NCBI GenBank assembly: GCA_000934665.2 | Contig: JYFJ02004127.1 | Location: forward strand, 1-34,561 | DNA length: 34,561 nucleotides | Direction of reading: 5' to 3' | DNA from: Catajapyx aquilonaris | Taxonomy: Eukaryota | Shown here: one piece after another, positions 1 through 11,710 of the stretch | Position numbering within the stretch: position 1 is the first letter of the stretch | How the letters are laid out: each line of letters begins with the position of its first letter | The notes under the pieces: generated by a model | Database searches by the model: none | Told to the model about the DNA's origin: nothing | What the model saw: the letters and a program-made list of their open reading frames with translations, nothing else | Position numbers and translations under genes: made by a program

Positions 1-114
1 CATCGGTCGCGTATGTTTCCCTGATTTTAGCCCTTCTTATTAACATTCCAATTCTAGACTCTCATTTGATTAGCAAGTCGCTTCATTTCCACCTTAATGT
101 TTGGACATTTTCAG

Positions 115-515
115 AGCACCAGTTCCCTGGACGACCTCATGAACGCAAATCGTCGAGTGGTCAATCCGAGTATAAAGTCAGACGTAAGTGTCCAGTGCAG
201 TTCACATTTCATCGTGTACGTAATAATGTAGTTACTTGTACTTTCGCTTCATGATTCAGATCGATTCGCTGACCCAGAAGATGACTGGTTCTCCCATGGG
301 AATAACTGCGGCCAGTTACTTCACTGTTAATCGAAGCCTATTGACGTCGGTAAGTTGTGCTGCTAATTACTTAATCAACAGTAATGCACTGATATTTGAT
401 CCTCTTCAGATTGCCGGCTATGTGACCACATACCTCATTGGCTCAATTCAAAGGGGCTGAGGAGGCGGAGGCTTCTTCCGTGGCATGTCGACCTAAAATG
501 ACAAGTGGACATTGA
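115..515 (+). pseudogene. GrA: 3' part (exons 2-4) of a divergent-subfamily gustatory receptor, frameshifted in the last exon
   Basis: Exons 115-183 (STSSLDDLMNANRRVVNPSIKSD), 260-349 (IDSLTQKMTGSPMGITAASYFTVNRSLLTS) and 410 onward (IAGYVTTYLI), all with AG/GT borders and nearly identical to 7332-7659. After TYLI the frame reads GSIQRG* (stop at 460), while the expected AQFKGAEE...H* lies in another frame (441-515), consistent with a ~5-nt deletion. Exon 1 is not in the window. Confidence 0.8.
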
Positions 516-1224
516 GGCTGTACAGTCCGTCTAAGGCAACTTATGACTCTGCTTATTTATTTTAAAATATGTAATGTGTACCAGTATGTATTCTACATCA
601 CATAATATTATGTCATCATTTTTCATGAAACCAATGTATTAAAGGCCTCAATTATAATTTTGAGTCACCCGCTCTAATACGTATTTATTGGGTCTATTTT
701 GATACACGTACTGTACATTTATTGAAGCAAAACACGCAAAATATTATTTCTTATTCCATATAGCACATGGAGAGAGACTAGCACAAGATACTTTGCTGGA
801 GCCTCTGATGCGTCTGCTGGTGGGACGAAGGCCAATGATATTCAGCCGAATATTCCTTGTGATGCCTTTTTCCAAAAGAGGATTAATACCAACTGTGAAC
901 AAAATAATCCCCAAAAGTGTGAAAAACATTGTCCATCTGCCAAAGTCTGTAGTTTGTCTTGGATACATATGCGCAATGTTGGGTCTTGATATAAACAATA
1001 ATAATAATAATTGATTGGGTCGTATCCACCACATCCACGCAATTCGTTAATTTGCAAGTCTGCAGTGCCATTAGTAAGATCGGGTGCAATCCTTTATTTA
1101 AAAGATTTGATTAGAATGTGATGATGGATTCATATTTCAAACCCTGTGATCATCATTACGTTCCGGACTAGTGACCATCTGGTGTACAAAAGCTGGAACA
1201 TGCTGCAAGTGAAGGCTGCAACAG

Positions 1225-2625
1225 TTATTCTGCTCCATTGAACTGTGCCAGAACTATGACGTATGTAGTCACGGTTCCAGCCACCTGTGAAAGAGACACG
1301 AGAAAGAGTGATCTGAGCTGCACCTTAGTGTCAAATCTTCCCCATAGACTTACGGCTGTCAAGAGGCCCCGGTTGACAGAAAAGTAATTGGCTGCGGATA
1401 TCTCGATGGGAGGACCGGTCAGCTTCTGAACCAGAACTTCCATCTGAAACATTGTTGTACAATTCAGCAAATGTAGATTGAATGAGGGAAGAGTGGAGGT
1501 GCATCACTCACATGTGCCTTGATCCTTGGATTGGTGGCCAGAGGACAAGAGTGGATGAGGTGCGGCAATGCCCTCGTGCTCTGGGAACATCAAAAAGAGT
1601 CATTAGTATCACATCAATTGGACATTCAATTATGATACTACCTGCTGAGGGATTCGTCCCAAGATGATGGTGAAGGTGATGACCGATGACACGATTACCA
1701 AAATCACCAGTATTATGAATGTGCCACCTACGCTTACGTTGGCAAGCAGAAGCAAGAAAAACAACATGACGAAAATAAACATGACATTTATAAGATAGGT
1801 GGCCATGATGGATGCCCCGTAAGTGCTGCTCATGTCGTCCACTATCAGACAAAGGTCGTACAACAGGTCACTGGCAGACTTTAATTTATCATTCAACTTC
1901 CCATAATTGTTGTGCCCTTCCCTGCTGATGCAGCCGGTAGTCTGCGCGGTGCAGGCATGGATTATTTCCTCATTGAAATCATCTATCTTCAATCGTATGA
2001 TCATAGCCAAAAATGTAACTTGCACAGGGATCAAGTGAAGCAGAAAGTGACAGTGCAACATAATAATTACATCAACCATGTTGTGAAATAGAGACAGTTG
2101 TCCACTCTGAAGATAGCAATAAATCGTATGTGAGAGTTCAGCAAATGGCAGCAAGAAGCAAGCACACACCAAAAGTGCGGAACATTTTCGCAGTTTCTTC
2201 TGGTGGCGACGCATGTTTAGTGCAGAAAAACGGTGTACCAGTTTCGAAATCTGAGTGACTCTGGTTTGGCAGAAAATGAAGTGAAGCCATGGACCACCCA
2301 CTCCTGTTCCATTAAGAATTAATATTGACAGCCAACCTGTTGTGCTCTTGTGAAAGCTCCTGTACCAAAACGGGAATGGCATCCAAGTCAGCTTTGCAAA
2401 ATATGCAGCCAATAGAATGAAGTGGACCAGTGATGGCCACCGTTGATACCACTTACAATTATTTGCATCTTTCCTGGGCCAAGGACAAGGAGCGATTCCT
2501 CCAAAGGTGGCCAAGATGGACAGTGGTCTGAACGCTGTCCAAAATGCATTTTTCTCACTCCCATCTGTTTTCCCAGCAGATTTTGCTTCTTCCACTTGAA
2601 TCACTGTCGACCTCCTGGAAAGCAT
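1225..2625 (-). CDS. GrB: gustatory receptor (7tm_7 family), intact, ~400 aa, 4 coding exons
   Basis: Exons 2625-1642, 1580-1512, 1443-1354, 1284-1225; GT-AG phase-0 introns of 61/68/69 nt; multiple hydrophobic segments; C-terminus ISAANYFSVNRGLLTA-VAGTVTTYVIVLAQFNGAE matches the insect Gr TYhhhhhQF signature. ATG at 2625 chosen because the ORF-track start is TTG. Confidence 0.92.
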
Positions 2626-2769
2626 CTGCAACTCAAGTTCTTGTTTCTTATTGTTTCTAGTTCACGAAATGAACAACGTAGTGACAGTATATTATGTGAT
2701 CACAAGTCTGTATGGAGTGACCCACAGTTCCTTATACACCAAACACTTCTCTTACTCACACACCAATCA

Positions 2770-3115
2770 TTCTGGTCTCCCTTTTCTGCCTGTGTGTTAC
2801 GTTCTTTCTCCTTCCATCCATCAAAAATGTCCGCCATTTAATGGGTCTTAATGTATCCTAAAGTCGCGGGAAATCAATTTATTCTATATCCTGGTGATGG
2901 ATGATTGGTTGAAAGTCCACCTTCTTTTCTTGACACGACCCGTTTCAACCATGACTAAACACATACTCCTGGAAACATATGGCATTATTAATTGATAGAA
3001 TCTGCTTGGAAATGTCGCTCATTACTGATGTTATGTATGGGCTACCCTGGCCAATATGTCAATGGTTGTTTGGCCATGTTCCTTTCCACTTATTGTAACA
3101 ATGAGTTTACCTTGT
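2770..3115 (+). repeat. Locus-specific dispersed element X (longest copy)
   Basis: Core ctggtgatggatgattggttga...cttgacacgacccgtttcaaccatgactaaacac...ggcatt...aatgtc..tc.ttactgatgttat recurs on + at ~7663-7880, ~8400-8515, ~32805-32960 and more diverged on - at ~5100-5330, ~5907-6060, ~13720-13860, ~15720-15935. Boundaries approximate; nature unknown. Confidence 0.65.
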
Positions 3116-3576
3116 AACGACGGTAAAATGTCTTGTATATATGAATCATCTTGTACAATACATGTCCAATTCTAATTGTCTGTGTATTTTGATACATTTA
3201 TTACAGTAAAACGGGCAAAATATTTTCTCTTCTTCCATAGCACATGGAGAGAGAAGAGCACCAGATAATATTAATACTGTAGCCCCTGATGGGACGAAGG
3301 TCAACCAAAAGTGTGTTAATATCTGATAAAATACGGAGTACAAACTCCGCTTGTCGTGGAATCAAGTGCAACATGTAGGGTCTTGACATAACAATTGACT
3401 GGGTAAATGGACCGGATCAGTGCGTGTACTTCCGCCGCAAATGTCCGAAAATTTAACTCACAAATGGTGTGCATGGACGGTGTTATGCAATAATTATTTG
3501 TCAACCCACAAAAATGTCAAAACTGAGCTATATGTAGAAGAATTTGAATATGCTGCAAGTGCAGGGGGTGCAACGG

Positions 3577-4996
3577 TTATTCTGCTTCTTTGAACTGCGC
3601 CAGGACTATGACGTATGTGGTCACTGATGCAGCCAACTGTGAAGGAGACATGAAGAGTGATTAGCTACACTTCCATATTAGTTTATCAAATATGATCTGC
3701 AGAGTAGTTACGGCGGTCAATAGGCCCCGGTTGACAGAAAAGTAATTGGCTGCGGATATCTCGAGGGGCGGTCCCGTCAGCTTCTGAACCAGAACTTCCA
3801 TCTGAAACATTGTTGTACAATTCAGCAAATGAGGGTTTAAATGTGTAGGTGCATCACTCACATGTGCCTTGATCCTTGGATTGGTGGCCCGAGGACAAGA
3901 GTGGATGAGGTGAGGCAATGCCCTTGTGCTCTGGAAACATATAAAGAGTCATTATTATCACAGTCAATTGCACTCAATGGAAGAGAGATGTACCGGTATT
4001 AATTACCTGCTGAGGTATACGTCCCAAGATGATGGTGAATGTAACGATTGATGAGACGATTATCCCAAAAGCCACTACTACTAATATGTTGTCAGCTATT
4101 CTTTGGTGCGTTTCAGGAAGCAAATAAAACACATCGCCGGTAATCCACACGACAGATATGAGATAGGTGGCCATGATGGATGCTCCGTAAGTGCTGCTCA
4201 TGTCATCCACAATCAGGCAAAGGTTGTACAGCAGGTCGCTGGCAGACATTAACTTCTCGACCAGCTTGTTACCACTGGGTCCGTTTCGTTGTGTACTGCA
4301 GACATGTAGAACTTCATCGTTGAAATCATCTAGCTTCAATCGGATGACTGTAGCCAAAAAAGTCATTTGCACGGGGATCAAGTGAAGCAGAAAAAAAGAG
4401 TGCCACACAATGATTATGTCAAGCATGTTGTAAGATTGAAACAGTTGTCCACTTCGAAGATACGAGTAGATCATGTATGAGACTTCAGCCGACGGCAGCA
4501 AGAAGCAGGTGGCCATCAGCAGTGCGGAATATTTTCGCAGTTTTCTCTCGTGGCGACGCATGTTCAGCGCAGAAACAAGTTGCATTAGTTTCGAAATCTG
4601 AGGGACTCTTGTTTGGCAGAAAATGAAGTGAAGCCATGGACCACCCACTGTTACTCCATTAAGAGTTAATGCTGTCGCCCAACTTGTTGTGCTCGTGTTA
4701 TTGCTCCTGTACCAAAACGGGAATGGGATCCAAGTCAGCTTCGCAGAATATGCAGCCAGCAGAATGAAATGCACCATTGCAGGCCACCGTTGGTACCATG
4801 TCCAACTCTGCCCTTTCCTGGGCCAAGGACAAGGAGCGATTCCTCCAAAGGTGGCCAAGATGGACAGTGGTCTGAACGCGGTCCAAAACGCGTCTCTCTG
4901 CTCCTCACTTCCTTCTGGTTGCTTTATTGTCACGCTCACTTGAATCACTGGTGATGTTCGACGTAACGCGAGGAAGTCGCTATTTGATCTCTTCAT
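3577..4996 (-). CDS. GrC: gustatory receptor, intact, ~402 aa
   Basis: Exons 4996-4007, 3930-3862, 3801-3712, 3636-3577 with GT-AG borders; starts MKRSNSDF; ends LAASVTTYVIVLAQFKEAE*. N-terminus and upstream DNA most similar to GrG. Confidence 0.92.
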
Positions 4997-6253
4997 TTTT
5001 CTGCAACAAGTGGAAAAGACTCTGAACCACGCTGAACCTTCACCAGGGCAGCCAAGTGTACCATCACCCCAGACCACGACCTAAACAGCCTTTGCTGGCG
5101 ACTCGTCTGAACGTGTCCAAACTGTCTTAGAAATTGTGCCCTTGAGAGCCCATAAATATAACATCCGAGAAGCCAAAGGGTGACATTGAAAAGAAGAGTC
5201 GATGGCGGTGATCAATGCCATTGTGTCCAGAAGGGAATGTTTAGTTAGGGTGGAGACAGGTCAGGTCAAGGTCAGGGAGCGGCCTCTCCATCAATAAATC
5301 CATAACCATGCCATAATCTGTCACCTTAATTTGCCTATATAGGCGTCTAAATCCACAAATATGCAAGATTAGCTCACCCAAAAATGATACAGGACGAAAA
5401 ATTATCGGGGGGTTAAAACTCACTCGCAAATTGGCGGGAAAAACGGGGGCGTGGCCTAAAAAGCGCATTCCCACTCCTGCCTAACCAAGGTAACGACAGT
5501 GACGTCAGCAGGCCGTTGCCTGTCGTTCGATTCGGATTACTTACTGGCGGTCCCATTCGATTCGCCTTTACTAGTGATCGGTCGATTCCGTTGTTAGGCA
5601 ACAAACAGAGGAACAAAACAATCCGGGTGCATTCCTGCCTCTGCACCGATCTGTTTAGCAACAGTGACGTCAGTGACGATACCATATAATTATTATGATC
5701 TTGGATCGATCATAGCTCGAAAAGCAATATGAATTTCTTCAAACAAAAAACACTAAAATTCATTTAAAAATAAGGACGATTTTTTATATGGGTTTGCGAA
5801 ATGTAGGCTAGGAACCCACTACTTTTAATAATACCTGGAAAGATCTCGGTATAAATCTGAATGCATTTTTCCCTGCGCGAAGAAAGGGTATCGCAGCTAT
5901 AGTAATTAATATAACATCCGAGAAGCCACTGAAAAGAAGAGTCGATGGCGGTGATCAATGCCATTGTGTATTGAAGAGAATGATTGTGTGGTTAATATCA
6001 GGTCAGATGGAGCGGCCTCTCCACCAATAAATCCACAACCAGGCTATAATCTGTCAGCTCTAGGGTACATCCAAACCTATCATTATTGTGGACAATGGTG
6101 CTCATAAATCTACGTAGAAAAACACATAAGCGCAGACAGTGTAACCTGCCAGTTTCACCATTGCAGTGCAGTGGAGTGACACGGACTGCTAAGAGGAAAG
6201 GTGACAAATCACTGAGACATTCCATAATTGGCACTTGGATTGGACAAGAAATT

Positions 6254-7695
6254 ATGCTCAGGGTAACGTCCAATAGGGTGATTTCGGTGAAGGAAATGAA
6301 CAGTCCAAAAGACAGTGCAAAGAAAGACAATGCATTTTGGGAAGTGTTGAGACCAGTGGCCATCATGTCGGTGGTCGGAGGGATAGCTCCTTGTCCATGG
6401 CCCAAGAAAGAGGAGGATCTGAGAGGGAAGTGGTACAGACGATGGCCAACATTGGTGCACTTTCTTTTGCTCGCCACTTACATCGCAGTCTTCAGCTGTT
6501 ATCCGTGGAAAGACCTGATCAGTGACAACCAAGAGAAAAGCAAGACTAAAACAGTGACTGGTCTCATTGTGCAAGGCCTCCTTAGTATTGCCTCGTGGCT
6601 GAACTTCATCTGGGTTCAAAAGAGTCTCACCAATATTTGGAAACTAATCAACCGATTGTCAAATCAAGATGTGAGCGGGCACAAGAGGTCACTTCGAAAA
6701 TGGTCATTGTTACTGGCTGTAGCCTCCGCCTTACTTCCTTTACTGGAATTGTCTAGGATGATAACTGCTCTAGCTCTTGAAGGGGCGTTACTTCAGCCAT
6801 ATTACTTGTTCTTTGCGTTCTATGTGTGGCACTGTTTATTCTTGCTCCACGTGATTCCCATTCAGTTGGTATTCCTGGTCATTGTTGTACATTCGCTACT
6901 TAAGAACTTTAACAACGAAATCACCAGAGTATGCCATTTTCTACATCAATCCACTCATGAGCAACAAAATAGCGAGAGTCTAATTAGGAGCACTAGCCAT
7001 TCAGCTGACCTCTATTACGAATTAAGTGCCTTAGTGAACATGATCAACAGCACTTACGGCATGCACGTCATGATTGTTTTCCTGGCATGTGTCATCTGGG
7101 TTACATGCTCACTTTTTTATTTAGTCTTGGTTACCGAGTCACTAATTTTCATATCTATGAGATTGATTGTCATTTCCCTCATCATCGTTACTGTGGCGGG
7201 TCTCACTATTGTTTTGGCATCACTTCAAACGCAGGTACAGTGTAACATTTTTGCTGCACTCTCATTTTTCTCTTTGCCAATAATTTAGTTTGTGGCAATC
7301 TTAATATCGCTTAATGTTTCCACATTTTCAGAGCACCAGTTCCCTCGACGACCTCATGAACGCAAATCGTCGAGTGGTCAATCCGAGTATAAAGGCAGAC
7401 GTAAGTGTCCAGTGCAGTTCACTTTTCATCATGTACGTAATAATGAATAAATTACTTGTACTTTCACTTCATTATTCAGATGGATTCTCTGATCCAGAAG
7501 ATGACTGGTTCTCCCATGGAGATAACTGCGGCCAGTTACTTCACGGTTAATCGAAGCCTCCTGACGTCGGTAAGTTGTGCTGCTAATTACTTAATCAACA
7601 TTAATGCGCTGACATTTGATCCTCTTCAGATCGCCGGCTATGTGACCACATACCTCATTGTTTATTATACCCAAGTGATGAATGACTGGTGTTGA
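6254..7695 (+). CDS. GrD: divergent-subfamily gustatory receptor with aberrant C-terminus (possible pseudogene)
   Basis: Exons 6254-7234, 7332-7400, 7480-7569, 7630-7695. Shares AFW..RP....GGIAPCPWP, WP.LVHF.LL, WH.LFLLH.IP.Q and STYG with the main clade but is otherwise divergent. Last exon reads IAGYVTTYLIV then YYTQVMNDWC* instead of LAQF. Start uncertain (in-frame ATG also at 6095). Confidence 0.8.
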
Positions 7696-7891
7696 CAGTA
7701 CATTCATTTCCCTTGACACGACCCGTTCCAACCATCACTAAACACTGGCTCCTATATGGAAACACATTACATTATTCACTGGTCACCATCGACTCGGCTT
7801 ACGAATGTCACTCTTTACTGATGTTATTTATGGTCTGTCCAAGCCAAGATATCAATAGTTGTTTCGCCATGTTCAAGGGCACTTATTTCAG

Positions 7892-8046
7892 ATCGATTCG
7901 TTGATCCAGAACATGATTGGTTATCCCATGTAGACAACTGCATGGCCAGTTACTTCACCGCATATCTTCTGGCTCAATGTAAAGGGGCTGAAAAGGCGGA
8001 GGATTCCTCCACTGCATGTCCACCAAACATTACAAGTGGTCACTGA
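7892..8046 (+). pseudogene. Remnant of exons 3-4 of another GrA/GrD-type copy
   Basis: ttcag|atcgattcgttgatccagaacatgattggttatcccatgtag (IDSLIQNMIGYPM*) then a jump to ctggctcaatgtaaaggggctgaaaaggcggag...cactga (LAQCKGAEKAEDSSTACPPNITSGH*), homologous to 260-325 and 441-515. Confidence 0.8.
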
Positions 8047-8937
8047 AGCTGCACAGTCCGTCTAACTAAGGCAACATAATTATGCAGCTGGTTATTATTA
8101 TTGTTAAAACTGAAAATGTATTACTGTTATCAGATATGTCGTCATTTTCCATGAATGTATCCCAGAAATAACGATGGCTTTCACAAAGGCTCTCGTTTGA
8201 TGTATTACTTCATGTCACGCACATTTATTTGCCATTATTGTCTAATAACTCTTCCATTAGCTGGAATAATAAGACAAAATCTATGTGTATAACGTCCAAA
8301 GTTTATTGATAACCATTAGCATCATGCAACGCTCATAACTTTCCTATAATGAATTATTCATCTAGAGTAGCCTACACTATGGTGGCAAAGATCTATAGAG
8401 ACTATATCCTGGTGATGGATAATTGGTTGAAAGTCCATTTGCTCATCTTGACAAGGCCCGTTTCAATGTCGACAAAATGACGTCTTACTCCTAAAAACAC
8501 GTGGCATTATTCACCACTTTACCATTAGAACGTTCCCCTCTGAGGAGTAGTGCTAAACCTATAGTGTTAAATAAAGCAGACTTGTGGGTCTATATGTCGG
8601 TAAAAAATGTTTGACCTACGCCCTAGGGATGTGGTCAAAAATGGCCGCTACTTTATAATGCATACAGGTGGCATGGGAGACAAAAAAACATTGAATTTAA
8701 TTGAATAATAGGTGTAATTACTATGAAACTAATAATTTGTATCCCAAGGTGTATCCTGCACATCATATTAATTCCTTCGTTTTATCTTAAAACATTTCTC
8801 TACATTTAAGCCAAATGAACTATACCATGCAAGAAGGGCATAATTGTGAGCATTGAAATTATTTAAATAAAATATAATGGTGGTGACGAGTGTAGAAGAA
8901 TTTGAATATTATGCTGCATGCGCAGGCGGTACAATTG

Positions 8938-10337
8938 TTATTCTGCTCCCTTGAACTGCGCCAGAACTGTGACGTATGTGGTCACTGCTCCAGCCAACTG
9001 TGAAAGAGACGTGAATAATTAGCTACACTTCCATAATTATAGCACATAATTATACTCTATAGTCATACGGCTGTCAAGAGGCCCCGGTTGACAGAAAAGT
9101 AATTGGCTGCGGATATCTCGATGGGAGGACCGGTCAGCTTCTGAACCAGAACTTCCATCTGAAACACACGGTTGTACATTTCAGCAAATGCAGATTGAAT
9201 GAGGGAAGGGTGGAGGTGCAGCACTCACATGTGATTTGATCCTTGGATTGGTGGCCAGAGGACAAGAGTGAATGAGGTGAGGCAATGATTTTGTGCTCTG
9301 AAAACATCAAAAAGAGTCATTATTATCACACCCTTTGACATTCAATGGAAGCGAGATATACCGAGACTAATTACCTGCTGAGGTATACGTCCCATGATGG
9401 TGGTGAAGGTAACGACTGATGAGATGATTATACCAATAACCAATATTAATATTATTGTGCCCACTATACTTTCGTATGTAACAAGAAGCAAGTAGAACAC
9501 ATAGGCTGTAATCCACACGACATATATGAGGAAGGTGGCCATGATGGATGAACCGTAAGTGCTGCCCATGTCATCCACTATCAGACAAAGGTCGTACAGC
9601 AGGTCATTGGCAGACTTTAATATATCAATCAACTCTTCATCACAAGGACCGGTACTTTGTGCGTAGCAGACATGGATTACTTCCTCATTGAAATCATCTA
9701 GCTTCAGTCGAATGACTGTGGCCAGAAATGTAACTTGAGCAGGGATCAAGTGAAGCAGAAGCTGAGAGTGCCATGCAATGATGGTGTCAAGCATGTGGTA
9801 AGATTGAAACAGTTGTCCAATTTGAAGGTAGTCATAAATCATGCATAAGACTTCAGCTGATGGCAGCAAGAAGCAAGCAGACACCAAGAATGCGGAATAT
9901 TTGCTAAGTTTCTTCTCGTGGTGACGCATGTTCAGCGAAGAAAAACGGTTTACTAGTTTCGAAATCTGAGTGACTCTTGTTTGGCAGAAAATGTAGTGAA
10001 GCCATGGGCCACCCACTGCTACTCCATTAAGAGTTAATGTTGTGACCCAACTTGTTGTGCTCGTGTGAATGCTTCTGTCCCAATACGGGAATGGCATCCA
10101 TGTCACTTTTGTGACATATGCACCAAATAAAAGGAAGTGCACCATTGCAGGCCACCGTTGGTACCACCTCCAATTTGCATCTTTTCTGGGCCAAGGACAA
10201 GGAGAGATTCCTCCAAATGTGGCCAAGATGGACAGTGGTCTGAACGCCGTCCAAAATGAATTTGTCTCAACCTCGTCTGTTTTGCCTGCAGATTTTGGTT
10301 CTTCCACATGTATCACAGAAGAATGACAGGGAAACAT
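8938..10337 (-). CDS. GrE: gustatory receptor, intact, ~393 aa
   Basis: Exons 10337-9375, 9297-9229, 9158-9069, 8997-8938 with GT-AG borders; ends LAGAVTTYVTVLAQFKGAE*. Confidence 0.92.
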
Positions 10338-10766
10338 CGCTTCAGGAGTAGATGATTCTGTACAAGAAAAACCTTTAATTAGTCACTCTAATATGCCTTT
10401 TATTTTACTGCGATAAATAAGTTATGAATCGGGAAATCAATTATTCTTACCACATGCAAACCAATGCTCTATAGTTCGCTATTTAAAATTCGTGGAAATC
10501 AATCACCTTTATATCAAACTTTCGTCCACTTCCTCTCAGCCTGTGTCTCTTTCTGATCAGTCAGCTCTGAAAATAATCATGGGGCTGTTCTCCCCAATTG
10601 TTTCCCATAATGCATTGTATATTTGTATTCTTTGTCGTTTAATATATTACCTCTGGTTACATGAACCATACAGTGCAATAACAGCCAGAAATAAAATAAT
10701 ATGGGTGTATCTTCCAGGAATGAAGAGAAAGGCCACCGTGTCCTTTATTGGTCTAATAAGTAACTA

Positions 10767-10931
10767 AATTTGCTGAATTCGTGGGACTTTGCGAGAAATA
10801 AATTAATACTCATTTGCTGATTTTTGACTCTTCGCGAGAATTAAATCAATTTGGGATTTTTCCGAAGTGTCAAAAAGCCGCAAATAAGTATTAATTAATT
10901 TATCGCAAAGTTAGACGATTTCTAGCAAATT
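10767..10931. repeat. Imperfect inverted repeat (~68-bp arms), with a homolog at 17753-17890
   Basis: 10767-10834 aligns with the reverse complement of 10863-10931; the downstream flank (cataattaaatcag.ctaacagt ... agggacttc ... ttgtcattatc) is shared with ~17890-18160. Confidence 0.7.
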
Positions 10932-11340
10932 CGTCTGTCATTGTTCTGAAGGTTGTTGTCGCGAATATTTTAGCGTATTCCATAATTAAATCAGCCTAAC
11001 AGTAAGTTGACCTGCATTACTCGAATATTGAGTTTTTAAGGGTGTCTTTTTGTAAATTAATTTAGGGACTTCAAGAGGAGTAAAATTGTTCGCAAGGCAT
11101 TAATAGTGTCTCCCATGAATGGTTAAGTTATTATTTGTAAAATATCTTGTCATTATCTTCATAGTACAGGCGTAGGAGAGAATATATGCGTTTTTGTCCT
11201 AGCTTAGCTGGGGTTAAATATAACAAATTATGGTATATTACTCACTGATATTGAATCTCTTCTTACGAATGTTACTCCGCTTCTTTATGTATGGACCAAC
11301 ACTCTATCTCTTCGTTACAGGTTGGAACATTGATAGTCAC

Positions 11341-11710
11341 ACTCACCAAATATTACAATTGCGTCCACTTCCTTCCAGGTTGTGTCTGTTTCTGCTCAGG
11401 CAGCTTTGAAATGACAGGTTGGGTTTTTCCCTTCCATTGTTTCCCATAATGCTTTGTATTCTCCCCGGCGCAGTGTTGATCAATCTACAGTCTTCCAAGA
11501 TTGTCTTTTTCATTCTGGAGAATGCCATGTGGCACAGAAATTATGATGGCTTCCACAAAGGGTGTCGTTTGATATATAACTTCGTGTCCCATTTGCCTTT
11601 ATGAATGTATACTGTCCGTGACAGCCGATAATAAATAATATGGGCGTGTCTTACAAGTACGAAGGGAAAGGCCACAGCGTTCTTCCTCAACCTCATGTGT
11701 TTTCCCTGCA
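11341..11710 (-). promoter_or_regulatory. Orphan copy of the conserved Gr upstream block (putative promoter + 5'-UTR exon, donor GTGAGT at 11346)
   Basis: Same block as upstream of GrE, GrI, GrJ, GrK, GrL and (inverted) GrM, but with no coding exon directly after it. Confidence 0.55.

Noticed and set aside
744..1089. Overlapping 68-96 aa ORFs (also 3146-3504)
   Set aside because: They lie in duplicated 3' flanks of GrB/GrC (shared tagcacatggagagag...tgggacgaagg) whose copies differ by many indels; no conserved frame; more likely 3' UTR.
4997..6253. N-terminal extensions in the ORF track for GrC and GrD (also 13501, 20515, 29055)
   Set aside because: They start at GTG/TTG or inside predicted 5'-UTR introns and are not conserved between paralogs.
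8520..8880. Unique intergenic stretches (also 16100-16700, 30120-30270, 31900-32470) as possible TE fragments or RNA genes
   Set aside because: No termini, TSD, ORF, or tRNA/rRNA structure that I could support.
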